Below, in pieces: positions 10,156 to 19,710 of a stretch of DNA of 32,000 nt (positions are counted from its first letter, which is position 1; every line of letters starts with the position of its first letter). The translations under genes were made by a program, and so were the position numbers. Location of the stretch: contig NW_008806274.1 in assembly GCF_000400465.1 (NCBI RefSeq), forward strand, positions 420,244-452,243, read 5' to 3'. Source of the DNA: Wallemia ichthyophaga EXF-994. Taxonomy: Eukaryota > Fungi > Basidiomycota. The notes beneath the pieces were generated by a model. That model was given only the letters and a program-made list of their open reading frames with translations. It was not told where the DNA came from and ran no database searches.

Positions 10156-10849
10156 TCATTTACCTCGAGTAACTAATATCAGTACAAGCCAACTAACAGC
10201 TGTAGCAGCCACATATATAGACACCCTGCCAGCACTCCCTGTTACATTCAGAAATGGATAAGGGTACCTCATGATCTTGTCGTGATTCTCATACGCCTTA
10301 TACTCGATCCATAAGATATAGCCCAGGGCGGTTAGGACATACTTGCAGAGGTCTCTTCCAAACATCTTTGCCCGCTTAGAATCCTCGAAGAAGAGAGTGT
10401 AAATTAGCAATGTTGCGCCCGGTAGCAAGTGCACCATCATATCAGTCACAAGCGGCATCTTGAAATCTGAGCTCTGGGCGATCAAATGCCTGAAGAAAAG
10501 GTACAATGGCCAGTATATCATTGTGATGGTGATATTCGCTGGAAGTACGACTACTGTTAATGTTCTCGCGATCCGCTTAGTCGCTGTGATCGCCGGTTAG
10601 CCAGCTCTCGGTTATGCACTGTAAGCACCCACCTGCAGTCATGCATACCTGGTCAACTATTATCGATAAGTGCGTAAGCATTGATCCCCAAACACCCGCA
10701 AAAATCGTCAGAAACATGGACTTTGATATGTTTTGCGCCGCCATCCATTCGCTTATTCCTAGTTCAGTGAGCTTGTGATCACCATACCATATCAGCCCAA
10801 AGCTCAGACTGCTGAATGCTATGATTCCTGCTCGCGCTCTCAGGGACAT
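10156..10849 (-). CDS. FAR-17a/AIG1/ADTRP-like multi-pass membrane protein; 2 exons
   Basis: MFLT (family Thr), IYWPL, MVHLLP (family His) and YPYPFL motifs; hydrophobic helices; intron 10584-10632. Confidence 0.8.
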
Positions 10850-11061
10850 GATCTTACTAAGCAAGTATGATCTAACGTGAAAAAAATAATGAAAATCCAA
10901 GATACGGTTTTAATTGCACGCTTCACTCGGATTTCACTGGCACTGCGAATAGCCTACAGCAGTTCTCAAGTACATTTAGGGTGCATAGTTTTATTAAATC
11001 AAATACATTTTACAAAGTAACCAGGAATTAGAAAAAAAATCATTAATAAGCTTCATTTCCC

Positions 11062-14000
11062 TCATAATGCTAGTGTTTGCTGTAATAGTCTGTCTAGTTC
11101 CTGCAAATTTTCATGTAAGCAAAGGCAGATGACGAGGGCTAAACCTACCCCTTCAATGCCATCTAAATCACTCCGAACACTATCATAAACCGAATCGTTA
11201 TTCGATCTCGCAAACCATGTATCGTTGATATAGTCACTCTCCCTGCCTTGGCCGCTCGGCGCTGAAGGCTGCTGTCGTCTTGCATGTTGTGAAAGTGTCA
11301 AAAAGTGTCCGATGTTAAGATCTTGCATTGCATTTCCTATTCTAGTCTTTCTATCATTTTTTGTCGCATTATGGACTTGGTGCGTCGCATGATTTGGCGT
11401 CGAGACAGATGATCGCGAGCTGGCAGAGCTATCTAAGTCTGCATTCCTCGTATTGTCATATGAATTCTCATGACTCTCGTCAGTAGATGCTGTTCCATTA
11501 ATGTTTGGATGTGCCGCCTGGAACAGCACAGACGGTGGTGTTGGATTTGTTGTCGCTGTCGTTGATGGGGTATTTGATCGCCTGCCTGACTCACTGATTG
11601 ATGAAGCAGTCGAGCCTGACTGTCTGTAAGTTTGCAACTGCAGCTGCGAGACCGCTTCTTGAGTACTTTCCTTAGTACTGTCATCGAAGCTCTTGACACT
11701 TTCCTCATCTACATTTCTACTGTTCCTGCTTCCCCCGCTTTGTCTTTTATCGGTGCAACCTTCTCCCTCAACATTAACAGGCGCGGACTGTATCTCTCTA
11801 ATCGCTTTCTCGTCATCTTCACTACCACTGTTACTTGACCCGCTGCGCCTAGATAGTGGCGTTGATCTGGCATCGGTGAACTCCTGTCCGGTTATAGTTG
11901 ACATACTCGAAGACAAGTCCGTGTGTGCAGTTTGGAGACTAAATGAGCTCTGACTTCTCATTAAATCTTTGTGAGGTTGTTTAGCGCCGTCTTGAGTTGA
12001 ATTGTCGTCGTATTTTGTCTCTCTCTGCCATAAGCGCTCAACGATATCATCAAACCCTTCACCCGATGTTACGCGGTCGTTCGTTGAGCTTGTCATAACT
12101 GATGATGTTTGGCTTGATCTATCAGCTACACTATTCGCGACTGTGGTGTTTGACGAGTTTGAGTAGTCTCCAATGTGGTAGTTTTCCATACTATCACTAT
12201 CTCTTAACCCCAAGCCTCTAGGCTTCTCCTGTTCCTCTACAAGCTCTTCCACTTGCTCAGACTTGCTGTAAGACGATCGCTTGCTTGGAGTTGCGTCTTG
12301 CTCAGTGGCATCTTGCTCGGTTACACCATGCTCAGTTACACTCTGCTCAGTGAAATTGTGATCATCCAGCAAACCCGATGACTGTACCGGCGTTTCAACA
12401 GTTTGTTGAGGTGTCGATTGTGAATAAGAGGAAGACGATGCAACAGGGGAAGTGATTTGAGTAGCCTGATCATCAGATGATGATTTAGAATCATCTCGAT
12501 CTATTGATACAGGACTGATGACACCCTTACTCCGCTGTTTTTCGGATCTTTGTCTAGCTATTATTTCAGCAAGCGATGGCGCATCAGTGATGTCATCCAC
12601 CGCCGCCTTAACTATATTAACCCCTTCACTTTGGTGACTCAGTTTGTCAGCTCTGATTAACACGAACTGTAATTCTTGATCTGGGTATCCTCGATAGCCA
12701 AGTCGCTGAGCGTCTTTGTTGAAATCGTCACCTGAGAAGATCTGTATAATCTCCCGATTCGCATCAATCACTCTGCTATTAGGATTAAGGCTGAAGTCTA
12801 TTTCAAAGATTAGATTTGTCATCCGGGGAGCAATTATACTACTCACTAGCATCGATACTTTTCTTATTACGAGGCTTAACAGCGAGACGATACCTGACTG
12901 CACTCTTTTTGCCATCCAAGTGTGATTCTACATCGTCACCGCCATCCACCACACCTTCCAAGATGCCAAATCCATTAAGCGACTGCTCAATGACCTCAGC
13001 GACGGTCGAGTTGGTTGGTATAGTCAACCTATGTTCATACAGACCACCACCGCTTTTCATATTCTTGTCCAAAACCACTCCCTCAGGTGCATCTTTACCG
13101 CTCACCACAACACAAAGATTCACCTTGTTGCTGTCAAGATGTAAGTACATTAGTAATTGACTTTCTCTCTTCTTTTTGGCAGAGAGTGAGGCATTGTTTT
13201 TTGCATTGAGCTCCTGATTAATATGACTAGTTGGTTCGAGGTCATCAAAAACAGGCGATGAAACACTTGGATCGTTCATGTAGCCGGCGTATACATCTTC
13301 AGCCTCATTGTCAACAATAGTCTCATGGAGGTCAACAGAGGAAGTTTTGCGGCAGTGAATATACATCTTCACTGCACTGTCATCGCTGTAGTCACCTAAA
13401 CTGGAGATTGCAGGTAATGTAGACAGGTTGCTATTGATACTGCTAATACTTCCAACCGAGCTTCGTTTAACCTTTGGCAGATCATTGCTTGGGGCGTTTA
13501 GTTGTCTGCTAACAATAAGTTGGTTGGTTATATTAAACAACGCTAGTGGCTTCTGGTTTGGCTCCATTACTGTCTCTTTCCCGCTCTCTTGCTCTTTTAT
13601 AGTCAAGAAGAAATCACTTTCTTCCACATTCGTAGCTAATCTAAATCTTTGCATTGCTTGCTTGATAAGATCAGTAGCTGAGGTTGAGCCATTAACGAGT
13701 ACAGTCTTAAATGTAGCTTCAGATTTAAGTGATGGTGCTGCGAACATTCTCATAACATTCAGTGTCGGTACGCCGAGCAATGAGCCTGGTCTAGCATTCA
13801 AGCTACTATTCGGACTGGCCCATGATTGCTGTGAAAGCGCTGGACTTGTTTCGAGACCTTTGCTCGCTTTTGGAGATACGTTAAGTGAGTTGTTAGATCC
13901 TGATGCTAGCATGCGCGTTAGTTGTGTGCTATAGATAATCGACAGTACCCACGTTTAATCTCGGTGAGTGAGGAGGAGTTTGCAAGTGAATCATTTCTCG

Positions 14001-15896
14001 GGCGAAGATTAGGTGATGGGTGGTTGATAGGAGCAAGTGGTGTGAATGTGCTCGGCGATTGTCTGACTCCAAGTTGAGGAGAAATGTTTCTAGAATCCAA
14101 GCTAGTTCTGCCTTCCATGTCTTGACTGGAAGACTTTCGGATAGATTCAGTATGATTATCACTACCAGTAAAGCTATCTGAGGATTTGATACTGTCGACG
14201 CCGTCGCCGAACGAGTCACCTGATGGTTTCCTCTCCTTCTTTCTGAAAAGATTACCGAAGACGCCACTCTTTTTCTTTTTGATCGATTCGTTGGATGTCA
14301 TCTCACTTAGGCTGTGTGAAGAGTTCTCCTTCTGCAGCTTCTTGGCTTTCTTCTTCTCTTCTTTGGCTTGCTTCTTATCTTTGCCGCGGTCAGACATAAG
14401 CGGAGAGCTTCTCCAGATGGACGTTTTCTGTGAGCTTGTTTCAGATGATTGGCTGTCCATCGTCATAAGCTCATCAAATGAAGCCTTGCTATTTTGATTT
14501 TGCGCTATTTGCTGCGTTGGTGAAGACACACCCTTCATTAACATATGAGGATCAGGACTTTGTGCTACGTCGGGGGTAATTGTCACTTTTCTAGTTGGAG
14601 AAGTTGCAGGATCTAGGAGAGGTGAAGTGTTAGTCGTCAAGTAAGTGGTGTTCTTATCATCATCCTCAGGATCGTCCTGGTGGGTGGCGTGTGTGTTAGA
14701 AGAGTCAGATGGCTGAGATCGAATGAGTTGAGGTCTTTGAACGCCATTAGTAAGTATCTTTTTGCTATTGTTGCTGTAGTTGGAGGAAGCGTTTGAATTG
14801 ATAGAGAGAGGGCGGATATCAGCTTGTAGAGGTCTGTGAAGTACTTGTGCAGGTGGTGTGGCTTGAGAACTGGCGTCTATAGCTGCCTCCTTAGCCATGA
14901 CATTTTCGTTAGTGTCCTCAATTTCGTTGGCGCGTCGCACCTCATCATTAGTGTGTGTCTCAGGTGCAACAACCTCCTCCGCGTTTTTATTAACTTCGGG
15001 CATATACTTTACAAGGTTATCTGAGGAGTGGGTATCAGTTGAGGAGTCGTAAATGTGTTTGGCGGAAGATTCTAGTGGAGGATTACTGCTGTTTATCTTA
15101 GCGGGAGCAGGAGCAACGAGTGGAGCAGCGGCAGGAGCAAGAGCATCGCTCACGCTATCATTGTCATATTGCTGCTCGTTGACGAGATGGCCATGCGAGG
15201 ATTCCGAATGAGATTGACTGGAGAGAGAAGCGTCTTGGGAGCTGACTTCTGAGCCAGATTCGCTGTCTTCATCGTAGCTCTCCTGCTCTTCTAAGGCTAT
15301 CTGTGCGGCGTCTTCCTCTGCCTGAGCAATCTCTTCTGGGTATAAAACGACTTGTCGATAAGTCGGCGCAGTGAAGGCGACATTTCTAGGTTCTTTGGGA
15401 TCCCTGGATTCCTTAGATTCCCTACTATCGAGTTTCTTAAGCGCCTGGTGAGCGTCTGAAGGTGGAGGATGATGTGATAGGTCAGAGTGATTTGCCGAGG
15501 TTATCTAATACAGATAAGTAAAGATACGGAAGCAAAAAGCGGCCAACGTACGTCAATATTCCTGTGCTTGTTTAGCCGGGCCAAACGCTCGTCGGGTGTC
15601 TCAATATTCTCGGCAGGAATGTAGCCCAATTCCTGTGTTTTGAGGACGCGTATCAGCCACCAATATGCATTGCTATCATCCAATAAGACCAGGCTATCAC
15701 CCCTGACAACGCTAGCCTGTCCTTCGACGGTTGCCAGGAAAGTATGCAATGCGTAAACGAGGCTATAATCGATATTGTCGTCGGGAATGGACATCTGCGA
15801 CGAAAGCTCGTCATCGTCGTCGTCATCTTCGAATTCGCCCTCAAATATTTCTTCATCATCTTTGAGCATCGTTGGTTTGAATTCGTCCATGTCCAT
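11062..15896 (-). CDS. TEA4: Tea4/Bud14-like polarity protein (SH3, PP1-docking RVxF motif, Ras-association-like domain); 4-5 exons
   Basis: SIPDDNIDYSLVYALHTFLATVEGQA...LLDDSNAYWWL...GYIPAENIETPDERLARLNKHRNID; RNVAFTAPTY; MRMFAAPSLKSEATFKTVLVN...AMQRFRL. Introns join ORFs 15501-16340 (part), 13918-15153, 12839-13912 and 11062-12915. Start codon uncertain. Confidence 0.85.
12286..12356 (-). repeat. Degenerate 15-nt coding tandem repeat (TEQSV-TEHGV-TEQDA-TEQDA-T)
   Basis: Visible in DNA and translation within the low-complexity part of the Tea4-like gene. Confidence 0.6.
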
Positions 15897-16136
15897 CACC
15901 TCGTTGACGTTGATCGTTAAGAGATGACCGTATTTGGCGATCAGTGTGAGTAATAGTGCGCTGTGAATTATTAAAATTATTTTATTAAGCTGGTAATTTA
16001 AGCTGTACACGCTTCTCCAGATACGCCCGTCTATGAGACTGTCACAACGACAGTGCGCAAGTACTTCCACCACCCCCCAGCTGAAGATGACTCTGGAGAT
16101 AGCGCCGGAGACAGCACCGCCTCGCAGCTTATACGC

Positions 16137-18290
16137 ATGCCTTTCTCTGGTTTGATTAGATCTGGATACGTCTACGACTTTGAAATGACGAGGCATGCGC
16201 CGTTTGACGAAGACGATCACCCAGAGCAGCCAGCGAGGATTACGCGGATACATCAGTCCCTCTCCAATGCCAAATGTATTTCGAGAATGCTCAGGATTGG
16301 CTCTCGTAAAGTTACTAGAGCTGAAGTGACGTTGGTCCACTCACCCGAATACTGGGATAGAGTTAATTTACTCGCATACATCCCGGAGATTGAGCTTAGA
16401 GCTATGGCGTCGCTGCATGAGCGTATGTCTGTATACGTTAATCCAATGACTTCCTACGCTGCTCTTCTCTCGGCTGGTAGTCTGTTAGAGCTCACAAAGG
16501 CTGTATGCGACGAGCGTATCCGCAACGGCTTTGCCATCATCAGACCTCCTGGCCACCACGCCGAGCCCGAGCAGATGATGGGCTTCTCTTTCTTCAACAA
16601 TGCAAGCATAGCGGCGCGCTGGGCGCAGAAGAACTACCCCAACTCTATCAAAAAGGTCTTGATTCTTGATTGGTGAGTGGGCGCCTGAAGAAGCACTCCA
16701 TACTGACTCTCAGCTTATTAAAGGGATGTACATCATGGTGCGTGTTGCATAATCATTAGATAGCGCACTCACCCCTGTACAGGCAACGGTACACAGAGGG
16801 CCTTTTACGATGATCCAAGTGTGCTTTACGTTTCCCTGCATCGCTACGAGAACGGCACGTTCTATCCTGGCAGTGATTTTGGCGGTATGAGCATGACCGG
16901 TAGTGGTGCCGGCGAGGGATAGTGAGTTTAATGACACCAACCTCACTAGTCTGACAGCCACAAAGTTCTGTCAACATACCTTGGCCTCATGCGGGTATGG
17001 GCGACTCAGAGTATCTTCAAGCCTTCAATCAAGTCGTCATGCCGATATCGCAGGAATTCGCGCCAGATTTGGTGATAGGTAAGGTGCGCTGCTGGTTTGA
17101 GATGTGTGCTGACTTGATTCAAAGTATCTGCGGGATACGACGCAGCCATCAACGACCCACTGGGTGAAAACCTGATAACACCTACAGGATATGCGCAAAT
17201 GACGCACCAGCTGAGTAGTCTTGCGGGTGGAAAGATGATTGTCGCACTTGAGGTTGGCTGCTTTTACGTTCTGCAAACTCATCTCACACTCAGACAGGGA
17301 GGATATAACCTCGACTCTATTGCAACGTCTGCAACATCCACCACGCAAACATTGTTGGGAGAAATACCTCCGCAGCCACTTTTCAACACAGTGGCAAAAG
17401 AAACGGCTATGGAAACTCTCCATGACGTCTGCATGGTTCAATCAAAGTATTGGAGGTCTATATCACCACGTTCAATATCCAACAACGCTACTAAAGCTTC
17501 TACGGAAAGCGTCATTTCTATGTACGAATTGTTGTCGAAATATCGTCAGCAGCTGCTTTACGAAAAGTACAGCATGTTCAGCTTAGATGTTACGGACGAG
17601 TATATAAGAGACAGATTCAAAAATCAAGTTATGGCCACCAGCGATCTCTACAACATAGACACACTCCTAATCAATGTTCACGACTTTGGCAATCTACTCT
17701 TTGAGAGTAAGAATAGCGGCGAGATCAACCTCGATAAGTCGTTCCTGGTAGATACAACTGACAAGATACTGCAACTGGCCAAGGAGAAAGGATGGGGGGT
17801 GATTGATGTAAATATCTTCCACAATTTCGCCAACCAAGCCCGTCAAACGAGATTATTCCGAAGTCAAGTAGATCCAGTTAAAGATTTGCTGATATGGCTG
17901 TGGGATAGCTTTGTTGATCTCGCCAAACCCGAAATGAAAGTGGTGTTTGTTGGGTTCGGCAGTGCTTGTCCTGCGTTGACGAGATTCTTCGAAAGCCGCA
18001 GCTCGAGTATACAAAACCGGGTTATGTCCAACATATACATTCCTGGTATGCTAGACGTACCTCGGATATTGAAGATAATGAGGGAATGGTACGAATTCAA
18101 GACACTCGTTCTCATACCGTCGAATCATGACCACGTGGAGAACGGTAAACAGTTTAAGAGTTTTGGGAAGGTGTTGATCAGCGAGGAGTCTAGTAGCTGG
18201 GTGTTGGTTGAAAGGCATTTGAGTGATATTATGGCGTGGATCAGTAGTAGGAGCAGCGTGTTGGAACAAGGCAACGAGATGGAGGTGTGA
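16137..18290 (+). CDS. HDA1: Class II histone deacetylase Hda1/Clr3 with C-terminal Arb2-like region; at least 6 exons; start uncertain (16033 or 16137)
   Basis: [16 protein letters not shown], spliced [45 protein letters not shown]. Introns at 16673-16723, 16738-16782, about 16922-16965, about 17080-17125 and 17253-17297. Confidence 0.93.
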
Positions 18291-18341
18291 TAAACAGCTG
18301 TAGAGTTTAATAAAGTAAGAACAATGCATTATTATTATAAG

Positions 18342-19049
18342 TTACTCTTCCATTTTTGTATCTTGAGTGTCCTCTTGTGAGTCTCTATTGTTTTGAGAAT
18401 GAGGAGAATGGCTCGACAAAACAAGCTCGGCCTCGTCATCGCGTATAGCAGTGCTGTTTGTGCTGAGAGCCGCGATGAGCAACCTAAGTTTATCGCCATT
18501 CATGTGTGGTTCTGCGCTCAGTTTCTCCAAATCGCCAGAGAAATTATCCGCTATGCTAGCCATCCACTGAGATTTAAAAGCGGCTCTGAGGGGGTTTTCG
18601 GGGGTGTAGATATCGGCTACAGGTAACTGCTTACTGGATGCACCTGATGTGTCGTTGAAGATGGAAGAGGGGATGAATGCGTCGTTTGCAGTTTCTGGGG
18701 GAGGAGAAGGAGACTGTCTTTGCTGTTGAGTAATGCTGTGTTGAGTCTTTTTTTTTCCTTTGACTCTGATTGACGGTGCACTGCTACTAGAGCTGCTCGA
18801 GCTGCTCGATTCGCTTGAATCGCTTGAATCGCTGCTATCTTGATCAGAGCTGGCAGATTTAGATTTTGGCTGATTGGCTGGCTTCTCAGCCACATTCTCT
18901 CCGCCTCGCTCTTCGCCTTCACTCTCACCAGAAGAACTGCTATCGCTGCTACTACTGCCACTGCTACTGTCGCTGTCCTCCAACTGTGTCCTGCGCTTAC
19001 GCTTCCTGATGCGCTTGTTGGCTGCTGCGGTGTTGCGTGGTGGAGCCAT
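18342..19049 (-). CDS. RSA3: Ribosome assembly protein 3 (Rsa3)-like
   Basis: Basic NLS-like RIRKRKRR, Ser/acidic tracts, then FKSQWMASIADNFSGDLEKL...LRLLIAAL typical of the RSA3 domain. ATG at 19049. Confidence 0.75.
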   Translation of the reverse strand: MAPPRNTAAANKRIRKRKRRTQLEDSDSSSGSSSSDSSSSGESEGEERGGENVAEKPANQPKSKSASSDQDSSDSSDSSESSSSSSSSSSAPSIRVKGKKKTQHSITQQQRQSPSPPPETANDAFIPSSIFNDTSGASSKQLPVADIYTPENPLRAAFKSQWMASIADNFSGDLEKLSAEPHMNGDKLRLLIAALSTNSTAIRDDEAELVLSSHSPHSQNNRDSQEDTQDTKMEE

Positions 19050-19135
19050 CCTGAGTAAGTGGTGGTAGAGGTGCGAGTGTGTGCGCCTTCTTGCCTCCCC
19101 ACACCCAAGAAAATTAGACAGCAGCCAACGAGGAC

Positions 19136-19675
19136 ATGTCCTATTTCCTGCCGCATTTGCCATCGGGTGGGTGCACTCTAATCACGCTACATTCTCTCAC
19201 CACCTCCGCTCTCATCCAGGCTGGCACGTCGACCAGGCTATTCTCTCAGAAGACGACAGAGTGGTCGTTATACGCTTCGGTAAGGACTCAGATCCGAATT
19301 GCATGGTGATGGACGAGACGCTGTACAATATCTCAGAGAGCGTGGCTAATTTCGCAGTTGTGTATTTGTGCGATAACACGCTCGTGCCTGATTTCAACAA
19401 GGTATGTGTGTGTGTGTGTGTGTGTGTGTTTTGCCATATAGCTGATGGTATGAATGCAGATGTACGAACTGTACGATGACACTACAGTCATGTTTTTCTA
19501 CCGCAACAAACACATCATGATCGATCTTGGCACAGGCAACAACAACAAGATCAACTGGCCGATGGACAACAAGCAGGAAATGATTGATATCATCGAGACC
19601 GTCTACAGAGGCGCTTCCAAAGGACGTGGGTTGGTTGTCTCACCCAAGGATTATTCAACGCGGTATAAATATTAG
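19136..19675 (+). CDS. DIB1: U5 snRNP thioredoxin-like protein Dib1/Dim1 (TXNL4A); 3 exons
   Basis: MSYFLPHLPSGWHVDQAILSEDDRVVVIRFG...MYELYD...MIDLGTGNNNKINW...GRGLVVSPKDYSTRYKY; two GT-AG introns. Confidence 0.97.
19405..19428 (+). repeat. (TG)12 microsatellite at the 5' end of DIB1 intron 2
   Basis: Read directly from the sequence. Confidence 0.95.
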
Positions 19676-19710
19676 TATTTCCGTTTAAAACCAAGACTGT
19701 GTATTATTTA

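Noticed and set aside
15501-16340. 279-aa ORF running through the TEA4/HDA1 spacer and antisense into HDA1
   Set aside because: The part upstream of 15896 uses a TTG start, crosses an AT-rich spacer and has no protein-like character. Only the SH3-bearing 3' part is credible.
19454-19500. Dib1 lacks the second Cys of human Dim1 (YDDTT instead of YDPCT)
   Set aside because: As I recall, budding-yeast Dib1 also lacks it (TDPMT) and shares YLCD, so it is not unusual.
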